A stretch of DNA of 64,000 nucleotides from Lepidodermella squamata (taxonomy: Eukaryota > Animalia > Gastrotricha): positions 558,001-622,000 of the forward strand of contig JBLDXI010000010.1 in the NCBI GenBank assembly GCA_047495785.1, in the 5' to 3' direction. Shown one piece after another: positions 49,497 to 62,434 of the stretch. Under the pieces are notes generated by a model. It saw nothing but the letters and a program-made list of their open reading frames with translations, searched no databases and was not told the origin of the DNA. The first letter of the stretch is position 1. Every line of letters starts with the position of its first letter. Made by a program: the position numbers and the translations under genes.

Positions 49497-49704
49497 TTTG
49501 AATGAAAAATGGCCTAGACTGAAATCTAGGTTCTAAAAAGCTGAATAGGAATTACACGCGATCGTTTGTCCAAATGTCAGTTTACATTAGCTTCAGCTTT
49601 TCATTCAATGTGCTAGAGCGTTTCAAAAGAAAATGTACATTACATAGGTTCAGCGAAAATGATATAATGAGGAAAAGGGCAGGATAATTTTTCTGACTAT
49701 AGAC

Positions 49705-49845
49705 CAGTGCTCGAAGTACCGGGGATACTGATGGGTATAGTAGTACCCCTTAGTTCGCTATGTCAAAGTAGAAAAACCACAGGGAGGACAGTTCGCTCAT
49801 AAATTTTGCACCTGATAAGGTACAAGACCCCTAGTTCTAGAACTC
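49705..49845. mobile_element. Old hAT-like MITE related to the 30193 element
   Basis: Left end CAGTGCTCGAAGT, degenerate right end AGTTCTAGAACTC (9/13); 8-bp flanks CTATAGAC and CTAGAGAC (7/8). Confidence 0.5.
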
Positions 49846-50136
49846 CTAGAGACTATAATAGCAAAGTAACACCTGAATAGGTCACGTAACACTTAACTTT
49901 CAGTGATGCATGCAGTTACACACGTTCATTCACACCTGATCAGGGTCGTGATAAGGGGGCATTCAATGAGCCAAAGTGAAAAATCAACAGAAAGTTCAAT
50001 CTGAGACTCTGTTTCTTTATTCAGCGACAAATAAAGGTTCGGTCATCTTCAAAAACACAATTAATTGCTTTCAATTACAAAGGAATTAACTATTAGCTAT
50101 TGGCTCGGATGATATTTTGTCTATTCTCCATTCGGA

Positions 50137-51465
50137 TTAGTTAGAATCTTCATCCCAAAAAGACTGAACAATCCTATAGTTCAAAGATCGCTGACAACTG
50201 ACAATCACTTGGCTTATCAATTTGTTAGTGACAGGCGCAAGCTCGGGTGACTTTTCGAGGACAGCATTGATTGCGTCAATTTGTCTTTTCGGCACTTCGT
50301 TAATTACATGAATCATTTTCGTTAGATACTGACGGCGTAGCCTCGATCCATCAGCGCCAAACTGCCGACACAAGTAAGCCGCGTAAACAGCATCTAAGCC
50401 ATCCATAGCTTGATTGAGGACCGACGGATTTTGCAGTTTAGTATCAGCGTTAACTAACAAACAAAATCGATACTCAAAAAATTTGAAAAGTGATCAATTT
50501 CTAACCTGAGAAAAACAAGTAGGCCATGAGAAAGGCATTTTCGGCTTCGGTTGGATTCCATTCTCTGAACATTGACCAAATGCGAACTGACTCGTCCATA
50601 ACATACTAGAGGGTACATTAGGCTGGACTATAGGATGATATTCGGGCTTACTCTGTATTCTGGAAAGAAAAACGCGAGTCGGATGAAATTTTCTTCACGC
50701 AGGCCATAAAGAAGTGGCTCGTCTAGCCGGTTGTAGAGATTGACAGATAGAATTTTCGCGATGGAATGCGAGAAAAGGGTACATCTATCGACTACAGTAA
50801 AATCCTGATAGCTTGGTAGTTCCCTGACAAAGTTTTTCAGTATCATCGCGTTTTCGGTGTAACTCGAGTATCCATTCATCCATATTTCATGCCTACTTCC
50901 TGCCATGTTTATATTGGCTTGAAAGCGCTCCAAAAACTGTATCAAATAATGTTAATCAAACGTTTTCAAAGAGATTGAACACTTACTCCTTCTCTGTCAG
51001 CCGCGAATCGCTTGGATGCTGATACCACATTACTAAGATTTCGTTCATTCTTATTCAAGTCATCGAAAGGCATAAGCGCGAAACTCGATTCGCTGGCCAC
51101 GACAGTGTCCATTGTTTCTGGTTCGGATGAAGACTCAGTTGTCATGCCGACTTGACGGCATTTCTCATAACGGCATTTCGAGCAGATTTGGCGCAACTTT
51201 GAACCAGTCCATGATAGAACAAGCGATCGATCTCCCTTGGCCTTGATGAGACAGCTGTAACTTCCAGTACCGCATTTCAACTCCGAGCTTTTGAATCGAT
51301 TTCTGAGGAAAAATCGCTGCGAAAGAGGAAAAATGAGTAATTAAGTATTTCCGATATAGTGAAATTTACCTTGCAAGCTTCGCACGCGAATACGCCACAG
51401 CGTTTGCGCTTTTGGGTCTCCAAACCACAGACGACACAAGGAAACAGTTTTCTCTTATCACTCAT
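50137..51465 (-). CDS. Divergent nuclear receptor B
   Basis: CVVCGLETQKRKRCGVFACEACK|RFFLR..CSKCRYEKCRQVGM; LPSYQDFTVVDRCTLF; intron layout similar to A. Confidence 0.85.
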
Positions 51466-51982
51466 TTGCAGGAATTAAAATATCTTAATCCGACGATTTT
51501 CAACTTATGACGGTGTCCAGTTGCATTTTCAGCGAAAACAACGCGCAATTCGCATGTCATTCTCGATAACAATCAGCCGTGAGAGCGTCAGTTACCCAAC
51601 GCAGGCGAGAGGAGTTGATAATTGCCTCGTTTAATTGCATTCCGAACTGAAAAGTGTCGGGAAACAGTCACCTCTGTAGCGGAGGACGAAAACTCATAAC
51701 CCACTCTTACTTTCAAATATCACTTTATGTGATTCAATTGTTGCACGTCACTGAGTGTTTTGAGTCCACATTGTCTACTGAACTCATTGAAATTATGCAA
51801 ATTAAGTCACTAGCTTCGAGGTCTCCGGAATTCTATTCACTGTGAGAAGACCGATATCCGTAAAATGACAACTGTGCATAGATAAAGTCCTATTTATTCG
51901 GCGATCATGATTTTACAAAGAGACAATCATTTACAATTTTGTATCTTGTGGCAGCTCATTTCAATTGTTGACCATCACTAAG

Positions 51983-53303
51983 TTAAGATGTAACAGTCTT
52001 GCAACTAGTTGAATAGTTGATAACAACCTGGCTGATTATTTTATTAGTAACATCAGCTAGCTCCGGAGTATTGCGGAATACTGCACCAACTGCAGCCAGT
52101 TGCCTTTTGGGCACCTCGTCAAGCGCATAGATCATCTTGAGCATCAACTGACTGCGATGATTCGCTTCAACCTCACCGAATTCCTTACATAGATACGACC
52201 AGAAAGCTGCGTCAAGTTCGTGCAATGCCTCCACGAGAAGACTAGGATTTTCGACAATTGATTCCCTTGATGCTAAAATAGCAGATTACTAGCTGGCTTG
52301 ATGAGATGTTGAACTCCAAGTGTACCTGAGTAGAATGTGTATGCCATGAGGAATCCAACTTCCACATCGGTCGGCTGCCATTCTTTGAATAAAGACCATA
52401 GTTTGAATGACTCCTCCACTAGGTACTAGACATAATTGGACCAGGATGATTAATTTATCAATTTTCGAATAGGAATCTACCTTGTATTCAGGAAACATAC
52501 AGGAAAATCTGTTGAAGTCTTCCTTGTTGAGCCCGTACATGAGAGGTTCATTCGGCCGGTTGTAGAGATCGCTAGATATTATCTTAGCGATTGAGTGGGA
52601 GAAAAGCTTGCACCGATCAGCCAGGCTTAGTTTGTGATAAGCTGGAAGCTGCTTCAAAAATGCTTTTAAGATGCTAGCATTTTCGCAGTAGTTCGATGAA
52701 GCACCTCTCCATATTTCAAGCCTGGTGTTCGCTAGCCTAATTGCAGACTGAAATTTTTCTAAATACTAAAGTCACGATTGGTTGAGGTTGTTTGCAGATT
52801 TGCTAAAACTATTCGTACCATATTCCGGGAATTGAGATACTGTTTCGAAGCCAGAACAATGCTGCACACGGTGGACTCAGCTGAAGTAACATCATCCGAA
52901 ACTATCGAGGTATTCAGTGGCGACAAAGCTTTACATTGCTCGGCATCTTCTCCAATTAGGACAGCTGATTCCGTCGCCATTCCAACTTTGATGCATTTTT
53001 CTAACCGACACCTAGGGCAAATTTGCCGTAGCTTCGATCCTTTCCAGGAAAGGGGCACGGTGCGGGCTGACGGTGGCAATTTTAAGCAATAATAGCTCCC
53101 AAATCCACACTTTAAAGAGCTAAATTTCAGTCGGTTTCGCAAGTAGAATCTCTTAGGGAAGAAATTTAGGTAAAATAATAGCCTTACACAAAAGAGGTTA
53201 GCCTTACCTTGCATGCGTCACAAGCGTAAACTCCACATCGAATTCGCTTTGTAGTTTCTAACCCACATACGACACAGCTTACTGAGCTTGAAATCTCAGC
53301 CAT
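51983..53303 (-). CDS. Divergent nuclear receptor C
   Basis: CVVCGLETTKRIRCGVYACDACK|RFYLR..CPRCRLEKCIKVGM; LPAYHKLSLADRCKLF. Confidence 0.85.
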
Positions 53304-53502
53304 TTGGAATATCAATGAAAAAAACTACGACGAATCCTGAAGGATGATTCTAATGGAATTACGGTACTCGAGAGACTGTATCGCGATGTCTAGCATGACA
53401 AGATCATAACTTGTCCAATGTCATCCTCGATTTGCATCAAATGATGCTTTAATCCGACCTCGAGGTAAAAATGGGGATCATCACGCGGAAGTAATTTCGC
53501 TC

Positions 53503-54837
53503 ATGGATCCTAAATTGATCAAGAACATCGAGCCACATTGCTCCATATGCGGAGCAACAGCTTGCATCAAACGGCGATGTGGAATCCAGGCCTGCGAGGC
53601 ATGCAAGGTAAATATATTCGGAGTTTACAGTGTCTTCTGAGCTTGAAACATATTGTAAAATTTTCAGAGATTTTACTCGCGGAATAAGGATAAGGCTGAT
53701 CGGTTGGTTTGCGATTCGGGAACAAACAACTGCCTAGAAATGGGCCGACTTGCAGTAACGTACAGTGGGTCAACCTGGAGGCTGATGTGTGCGAGTTGCC
53801 GATTCGCAAAATGCGTGCAACAAGGTCTAGGTAGTCAGCCTCAAACAATTTCCCCGAAACAGGAAGCCGTCATGCGCATGAAAGTCGGCGTTCTGAATAA
53901 CGAATCCCGAAGAATCAGTTCGACAGTTGACCAAGTTGTCAGAGCGTCGCAATCGTTCACAGCTAACATGGCTGAGGTACATAATTTAGCCAACGGTCCG
54001 AATAGGCGGATTGCGACTAACGCGGTGCAGAGCTGGAGGAATGGATTCGACCGTCTCCGAATCAATGCTAACATTATGAAAGACTACGTCAGCCAACTTC
54101 CAGGTAAAGGTAAATGCAGCATTTAGAGCAAACCCTTTTGATTTCGTCTCTAGGGTACAACAACTTGGCTCTCGAGGATCGATCTTTACTGTTTAGTATG
54201 GCTATGACAACGGTTATAATAGCGGAGGAATGCACGCAGCCTGGAGGGCCACTAATGTTTGGGAAAACTAGGGAACATTTTCCAGATTTAACCCGATTGT
54301 TCCCAGAGTTATCGGTAACTCTTGCTCTTATTTCTTATTCTGCTGAGAAATTCGTATTTCGATTTTAGTATGCGTCGTTGCAGGCTCAACACGTGTGGCA
54401 CATCTTCGCCGATTGGAATCCGACGGCTGTTGAATTTGCATTTTTGCTGTCCCTGTTGTTTTTCAACGGTGGGTGGAGATTTCAAACTAAACGGCTGTTA
54501 TTTTTTGCCTTTTCTTTGCGTAGGCGATGATTCACGCCTAACGAACCGCAACATAGTCACAGAAACGAGGCAGGAACTCGCCCGAATTTATCTCGCGTAT
54601 CTAAGCAGTGAATTCACCGCTGATGAGGCTGCGAGGCGACAGGAGAGAATGTCAGCGTCTCTCGAATTCCTAATGTCAGCACTCTGGCGCAGTCTAGATC
54701 CTTACGTTCAAATAATGACAAGATGCCCAGAGCTTGTTCCGCTCAATAAATTAGCCGAGGAGTGTTTTCAAGTCGTCCAAAGCACAACGCCTGTTCTAAA
54801 AACACCCACAGATGACAATTCACATGATTCTTATTAA
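53503..54837 (+). CDS. Divergent nuclear receptor D, head-to-head with C
   Basis: CSICGATACIKRRCGIQACEACK|RFYSR..CASCRFAKCVQQGL; LPGYNNLALEDRSLLF; start codons of C and D are 200 bp apart. Confidence 0.82.
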
Positions 54838-54877
54838 TCCGGTCAGAAATAAAATGGTACAACGTCTGATAGTACTG

Positions 54878-56512
54878 TTAGTTGCTACGGCGTGTGATCC
54901 TAACTTCGTATTGCGGGGGAATGTTGGTCACGTTATGCTTGCCTGCATTCAAATCCACTTCGTAGTCACTATGTGGGAAAGCGAAATTGAAACGCTGAAG
55001 AATCGCTGTTGTGAAGATGAAATATTCGACTCGGGCCAGTTGCTCGCCGAGGCAGATCCGCGGGCCGATGCCAAATGGCATGAAATGCGATGCATGGCTC
55101 AGTAGCGACCCATCTTCTGCTATCCACCGTTCGGGTCGGAAATTCACAGGATCTTTCCAGTAGTCTTCATCGTAATGAACTGACCAAATATTGCACTGAA
55201 TCGTTGTATTAGGTGGGATCTTGTACCCTGAAAATATCACGGAAAGGTGAAACCAGACTCAGTCAGTTGTTTTTACCTTCAAACTCCACAGTCTGAAACT
55301 TAGTTGCATGGAAAATCGAACTTGGAACTATATTTGCATGTCGAAGCACTTCGCACATAACAGCATCAAGGTAGACAAGTTTCTTGCGATCTTCCAGTGT
55401 AGGCATTCTGTCAGCTTTTATGACTTGATCAATCAAAACTTGACACTTCCTCTGAAACTCAGGCCACTTGCACAAGTAGAGAATGGTCCAATTCAAAGCT
55501 GTTGCTGTAGTCTCAGTACCAGCCCCGAGAACATCGCGCATGATCGGTCCGAAAGATTTCACAGAAATTCCATTCTTCTCGCCCTCGGCTATGTAAACAT
55601 CGATGAAATCACGAATGTTATCAGCGTTGAAAACAGGCAGACGGTCTTTGATTGCTTCTTCAACCAAATATTGGACATAGCGGTCAAGTGCTACGACATC
55701 TTTGACTTGGGGTGGTAGGTTGAATTTCGCTAGAAGCGGGATAGCAAAATATATCGCATTCTCCTTCAGAGGCCGTTCAAAGAAATCGGCTAGCAGTTTG
55801 ATTAATTTGACGAATTTGGGATCGTCATAGCTCAAACGTTGGCCCATTGCCAAAGAGTAGATTACGTCAGAGACTGCGAACTGAAGTAAGTGGCGAAGAT
55901 TGTGCTCAACGCTACCAACGCTTCGGTCTAACTCTTGAACTAAGGCTGTAGCCTCTTCTTGGATCTTGGGTATAATTTGATTTCCAGAGTAACCGAGATC
56001 TTTCAGAGCCCGGTGGGCAAACCGGCGATGTCTAACCCAGACCTCACCATCACAATTCGTTACAATAGCTGCGGTAAGGTATTCGTAACCAGGCAGAAAA
56101 GAATGCGGGCGGTAACTGAATTCTTTAGCTTGGGATACCAGAGCCTTACGAATGGCATCCGATGAGTTCAGGTTGACGATTCTCGTCTGGCCAAAGTAAA
56201 ATGTGTAGATGGGGCCATATTTCTTAGCCAGAGCATCGTAGGTCCACCATGGTTTCTTCCTGATATCGTCCTCCATGAGATACGCAGTGCCTATATCAAA
56301 TAGGTTCGTTATAAACGGTTTTGCATAACGTATTGGGTCCTACCTATGAATGGAAGGGGCATTGGCCCAGGAGGCAACCGCCGGAACCAGTCGACAATAA
56401 AGACATGAGAACCGTATAACAAAACGGCGCCAGGTGCTAGAATGTACCACCATGATTTTGCTTTCTCTAGCAGTATCTCGCAGATATTTCGGATTCTGTC
56501 ATCAACCAACAT
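54878..56512 (-). CDS. Cytochrome P450, clan 2 (CYP2-like), 3 exons
   Basis: Exons 56512-56344, 56290-55277, 55227-54878. PPGP hinge, WVRHR, AGTETT, EVLR, PERW, haem motif FGIGPRICLG. Confidence 0.93.
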
Positions 56513-57012
56513 GGCAGCTTTAAGTGTTGTGGAGAATAAACTGGGCAGACCGCAAATACACGTAGGGAAAAATGTATTATAATAGATAAAAGTAATTTTC
56601 CACCGCTATAATGACGTGAAACAGTTATCTGCAGTAAAAAATGAGCATATTTGCAGCCACAGTTGTAGTGATGTGAAAACGTAAACTGCATTCATTGAAA
56701 CAGGGCTGAGATAAATTGACGCCCATCAAAAAACCTGGATGAATATGCGCTTACGATGTGGAAAATTCAGGTTAAATGTTGCTTTCCAATCAATTTTCTG
56801 AGAAATTCGACGTAAAATAAACTCCTGAAAATGTCAGGTCACCCATTTTTTATTTAATGTTTTATTTATATAATGCTAAGCTACTTGCGACTGCACCAAA
56901 TCTGGCCAGTTCCCAAAGGAAATAAAACGTTAAAATTTAATATGATCATACAAGAGTTCATGACAACTGATCTGGCAGTGAGTATCGAGTTTACGAATGC
57001 GGCGGATGAGCT

Positions 57013-57024
57013 CACCTGGGACTT
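57013..57024 (+). promoter_or_regulatory. Conserved upstream motif CACCTGGGA(C/T)TT, copy 1
   Basis: Same 12-mer 70-115 bp upstream of all three pLGIC start codons, while most of the surrounding sequence has diverged. Confidence 0.55.
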
Positions 57025-57093
57025 TAATTCAATTATTAGTTGAGTGCTAGCAGCGATTTCCGGAATTGGTTGCAGAACACTAGATTCAGGATA

Positions 57094-58421
57094 ATGAAAA
57101 TCATGATCACTTGCTCTTTGGCGTTTATGATCCTGATTTTGAACGTCCTAATCGAGGCAACAAGGCTTGTAACCGATTCCAATGACGACCCAAGCCTTAT
57201 TGGCAGAAGTGACCTTGTACTTCGTGACAGATTTTTTCGTCTCTGCCCAATTGCGAGAGCGATAAACCTGCCCTCTGCATGGCAGCTAGATACTGGAAAT
57301 TACAGCTCTCCCATCAAAACAACTCTATACTCAATGATAATGCAAGTCAGCGCGGTCAACGATTTAGACATGAGGTAATCATAATTAAGTATTGCAATCA
57401 CTGGATTCAAATTTCCATCTCTAAGCATGACAGTTGCTATGAACCTGGGGATGAATTGGCTGATTCCTTGTCGACCAAACATTAGGTCTGAACTCTTGCC
57501 TGGCTACGAGAATTTAACGCAGGCCACCTTGGATCGTATTCAATTTGCGATTCCATCAGATACGGTTTGGTGGCCGGATGTGCAGCACATTAATGCTGTC
57601 GGAGAAGCTACAAGGCCGCTGAGAGAGTACTCCAGCTAAATCTTTTTCTTGAGTAGCAATAAAATTGCTTCTTTTTAATTAATTTTAGAGAAAGATATAT
57701 CCGCGCGCGCCCATTCCATAGTAGTGGATTTCGTTATGTCATTAGCTGCCTTCGATCCTTCACCTCTCTCTGCTATGGTTTCAGCTTCACTAAGTTTCCA
57801 TTCGACCAGGCGACGTGCACATTCGAATTTGAGCACGAAAATCGTGCAAATGAAGCATCAATCGCCATCGAAAGGGTTGGAATAAACGACGACTACACGC
57901 CAGTTCGTGATGACGACATTTGGCTATTCGTCTCCTACAACGGATCGATTGTTAACAAAGCCGGATATCACCACGCTACCTGTATCTTGGTTCTGAAACG
58001 GAAGTATCAATATTACGTCGCAAATGTCTTCATTCCATCAATCACGCTGTTTCTCATCCAAATATTCGCTTTAGTCATGGATCCTGGTCATCCGGACCGC
58101 CCGACCTTTTGTATCACTGTGAATCTTTCGCTCGCCGTACTCCTAACCTTGGTTTTTACGCTTATACCCCGAACATCCCAGGAAGTCTACCTTATCAATA
58201 TATTGGTATTTTTCATGATTATATGTGTAGTTCTGACTGTTTATACTCTGATTACTAACTATGTTGAAAGCATGAAGTTCGCTAAAGCTATATTTTTCGG
58301 CCGTGCAAATGGTAAAGGCGGAGTTCGCTTTATCCGGCTATGCGACCTCGGAGTCTCTATGGTCGCTTTTTGGGTTGGCATTGGAGCTCTGCTCTATTAC
58401 GGAGCAATGATGATTTCGTGA
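57094..58421 (+). CDS. Cys-loop ligand-gated ion channel subunit 1, 3 exons
   Basis: Exons 57094-57374, 57426-57626, 57689-58421; signal peptide, VWWPD, CYGFSFTKFPFDQATC, LKRKYQYYVANVFIPS, four TM segments. Confidence 0.88.
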
Positions 58422-59171
58422 TAATTATTCATCATGACCTTTGCCGTTGGAAAAACCGTTATTATTATTGCCGGATTGGATTATTATTTTATGTAATCGT
58501 GAACAATTCTTTTAATGTTTAATCTCATTATTAATTGCATTTCTATATCGATGAACTGAATGCATTGAAATTCGTTTAAAATGATCAATTTTCTTACGGA
58601 TTTTTGTGCGAATTTTCGTGATGCCTGGTGATGCCTGAGGTTCGTCAGGAGGCGTGACCAATGCGCGGGGAGTTGAGGAACTAACAGCGCAACAAGAAGG
58701 TCTGAGAATCCTGGGTACTAGGGGCACCAGCTCGGCCTGCTCTGGTCCGAGGAAGCTATCTATCTGCTCTGTTCTCCAAACCTCCAAACCTCAACTCTGT
58801 TGTCCTTGCCCACAAACTGCTGACGCCGGCGCCTGCTCCCTTTTTGCTCCCTTTACTGCGACGCGGCTGCCGATGTTGCCATACGCCAGCGATTAGCTAA
58901 AACCTTTCAAGGCCAGTGGGATTGACTATGTTAAAGCATCTTCGTGGCGTCCCTCTTCAACCTCATTGTTCAACGTGCCTTCGGGAGCTACTTTACTGTC
59001 GATGTAGTTGTTACCAACTAGTGAGGTTTCATTTTTAATTATATTTCAAATTAATTGATCGCGCCTCAATCTTTTAAACTGTTTCCTCCGGAATCTTTAT
59101 CGCACTTGATGGGCATAGGCACTCATAATAGCTCAATCAGGTTCTGTTTTGCGAATACGACGGACAAAAAC

Positions 59172-59183
59172 CACCTGGGACTT
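59172..59183 (+). promoter_or_regulatory. Conserved upstream motif CACCTGGGACTT, copy 2
   Basis: Identical to the 57013 motif. Confidence 0.55.
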
Positions 59184-59296
59184 CGATGTAATTACGCACT
59201 GCGCATGGCGTGACAATTTACTAGTGCAGGTTTTTTTCGGACAAAGTTGAGAAACACCCAGCTCGTTCTAATTTTTTTACGATTTAAATCACTATA

Positions 59297-60619
59297 ATGT
59301 TACTAGCTCATCCGATACTTCTCATTTTTGCCATTTTGAATCGTGAGTATATCATCGAGGCAACGAAACTTGTTATCGATTCGAATGACGACACAAACCT
59401 TGCTGGTAGCCGAGACCTCGTGCTTCGCGAGCGATTTTTTCGTCTCTGCCCTATAGCGAAGGCAGCTAACCTTCCTGCAGCCTGGCAGCTCGAGTCTGGA
59501 AATTACAGTTCTCCCATTGTAACAAGTCTTACATCACACCTTATGCAAGTAAGCGTGGTCAGCGATGTAGATATGACGTAAGCAAGTTTACAGAAAGAAA
59601 TAGTCTATCAAACTTGATTAATTTTCTTCAAGTATGACGGTTGCTATGAATCTGGCGATGAATTGGATTATTCCGTGTCAACCTAACATTAGAAATGATA
59701 TTTTCCCTGGCTACGAAAATCTGACTAGGTCCACTTTAGACCGCTTGCAATTTTCGATACCATCAGATTCGGTTTGGTGGCCTGACATGCAGCACATTAA
59801 TGCTGTCGGGGATGTATCAAGGCCGTTGAGAGAGTAAGTTGTACAACAATTCGAATTACAGCGTCTATTATGCCAGATAATTTCAGAGAGAGATTTATTC
59901 GAGTGCGGCCATTTCACAAGCAAGGAATCCGGTATCTAATTAGCTGCCTCCGATCCTTCACCTCTCTTTGCTATGGTTTCAGCTTTACTAAGTTTCCATT
60001 TGACCAGGCGACGTGCACGTTTGAATTCGAGCACGAAAATCGTGCGAATGAGGCCTCAATTGTTATAGAGAAGGTGGACGTAAATGACGACTACTCGCCG
60101 GTTCGTAATGACGACATTTGGGTATTCGTGTCTTACAATGGTTCAGTTGTCAACAAAGCGGGTTATGATCACGCTACCTGTACGTTGGTACTGAAACGGA
60201 AGTATCAATATTACGTCGCGAATGTCTTCATTCCATCAATCACGCTTTTTCTAATTCAATTACTAGCGTTGGTCATGGATCCTGGACATCCTGACCGGCC
60301 GACGTTTTGTGTTACCGTCAATCTGTCGCTTGCTGTACTTCTCACTCTGGTTTTCACATTGATACCTCGAACATCTCAGGAAGTCTATCTTATCAACATA
60401 CTTGTGTTCTTCATGGTTATATGCGTTGTTCTTACTGTATATACTCTGATCACCAATTACGTCGAAATCATGAAGTTCGCCAAAACCGTATTTTTCGCAC
60501 GCGCCAATGGTAAAGGCGGAGTTCGCTTCATCCGGCTTTGCGACCTTGGAGTGGCTCTTTTAGCCTTTCTGTTTGGAATTGGAGCTCTGTTTTACTATGG
60601 AACAAAAATGGTACATTAA
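59297..60619 (+). CDS. Cys-loop ligand-gated ion channel subunit 2, 3 exons
   Basis: Tandem paralogue of 57094 with the same introns and motifs. Confidence 0.88.
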
Positions 60620-61750
60620 TTGGCATCATCTGGGGCGCTGATCCTTTTCGATCGTAAACAGCCCTATGCCTTATATATGAGAAAGTGGCTCTAATCAGGG
60701 TTCGTTTGTACTGTATATGACTTTTCAGCGTGGTGAATTCCAATAAAATATGTTTTTTGAAGCAACTGCTTCTCTTTCCGTGATCATAGGTCAATTCCTG
60801 TTCTGGAACTGTTCTAAACATTCCGGGATAGATGATCGGTCCCTTTCTTTCGCGCGTCATCCCAGCCTGCCCGGCGGTCGGCATTAAAAGAGGTCAAAAC
60901 CTTTCTTTGCTGACGATCGAAACTTTCGAGACTTTCGAAACGATCGAAATGCCAACAAAAAGCAAACGTCAAATGTATATATTTCTTTACAATATAGTAA
61001 AGTTGCGGTTTCCACCATAAAACAGGCTGGAGTCTGGCTACGCTAGAATGCCAGGCATTATTATCCCTGCTTCTGAGGATGAATGTATGGATTATGGTGC
61101 TCGAGTTGATGCCTCAGTTTACGAGACTTACGAAAAGGTTAATGTCGGACGAACGAGACTCCGAGGACATGGAGAGAATGGTCAGAAAAACATGTCACAA
61201 GATACGCATTATCGAGCATTCGTGATAACTGCGCCAACATTATAGCCCATCAGTTTCATAATTGCGCCTTCATTCCCGGCAAGGTGAGGTGCAAATCCAA
61301 CACATGTGAAATTTCTCATAACCATAGTAGGAGAGACATTTTGAGATTCCTGAGAAGGCCGGGAAGGATTAGCTATTCTCAGTAACTCGATTGTTGCCAT
61401 TATTCTTAGGACTACGCAATTTTGAGCTAGCACGTAGGCCTTGAAATTTGCGAAAAAACTCAAAAAGGACAAGATAGGCGTAGAGAGTGTCATGATGTTA
61501 CTACTGCTGAAACTTCTGAAAAATAATTCATATTGAGGCTTGAGGTGGCTGTTTTGTCGCATACTCGACCATTGTCGTGATTATTTCAATTTTCAACTTT
61601 GACTTTGATAATGCTTACTTAGATACACAGTGCATACTTAAAACCGTAGTAAAGATGTGAGCAAAAACGTGAGCCGTTTTCTTTGAAATAATATGAATAC
61701 TGAGAGGAATTATTCATGGGTTTTAAAAATTTATCTGAATTCATGCCCCA

Positions 61751-61858
61751 AATCACTCTAATTCATGTACAAAAATGGAGTTATTTATCTACTGAAAGCA
61801 TGAATTTAGATACCCAAACTAAATTCATGCTTTCGGTAGATCGGTAAATTAGGGTGAT
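61751..61858. repeat. Palindromic element with a 23-bp central stem
   Basis: ATCTACTGAAAGCATGAATTTAG (61787-61809), 9-nt loop, CTAAATTCATGCTTTCGGTAGAT (61819-61841); outer inverted pair ATCACTCTAATT / AATTAGGGTGAT. Confidence 0.7.
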
Positions 61859-62328
61859 ATTTTTTCTGGTGTAGTCCAAAGTAAAAAATTCGAATATTAA
61901 ATTTTTAAATTTAAATTTTCACTTTTCTCAAAATTTGCTACGGATAAAAATGTCCACTTTCGGGTTTTTCATGTTATAACTTTTTTCCGTGGCACGAGTC
62001 GAAAAATCGCATAAAAAGTAGGGCTAGGAAGCCCAAACTTTTCACAAAAAAACAAATTTAAAACTTTTGATTATAAATTATCAATCCGTGAATCTTCACC
62101 CTAATTCGCACCAACTGAGCTGAAGGTACCATCCAGTCTTAATTCCCTTATGACAGGTTAAAACTATTTGTCACGCCACAGGCTATGGAGTTGCCTGGAG
62201 ACAGAATAATAGATCCCGCTTGCTATTAACAGTCCATCACACCTTCGTGACGATGCGTGTTCTTGCCAACTGAATGTCTGTCAATCATGAAGTTCGCAAT
62301 CAGTTTCGTGGATACGGCCAACGGAACT

Positions 62329-62340
62329 CACCTGGGATTT
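62329..62340 (+). promoter_or_regulatory. Conserved upstream motif CACCTGGGATTT, copy 3
   Basis: One substitution relative to the other two copies. Confidence 0.55.
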
Positions 62341-62434
62341 CACTTTATTTATTGCGTGTCAGCATTTCAGTGCAGGAAGCCATTCAAGCTCATCTGCATA
62401 ATACCAAATGCATTCTGATTGACAGCTAGAAATT

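Noticed and set aside
58512-59030. GC-richer segment with short ORFs between channel genes (also 61022-61562)
   Set aside because: No coherent gene model or TE termini; possibly decayed TE sequence, but unsupported.
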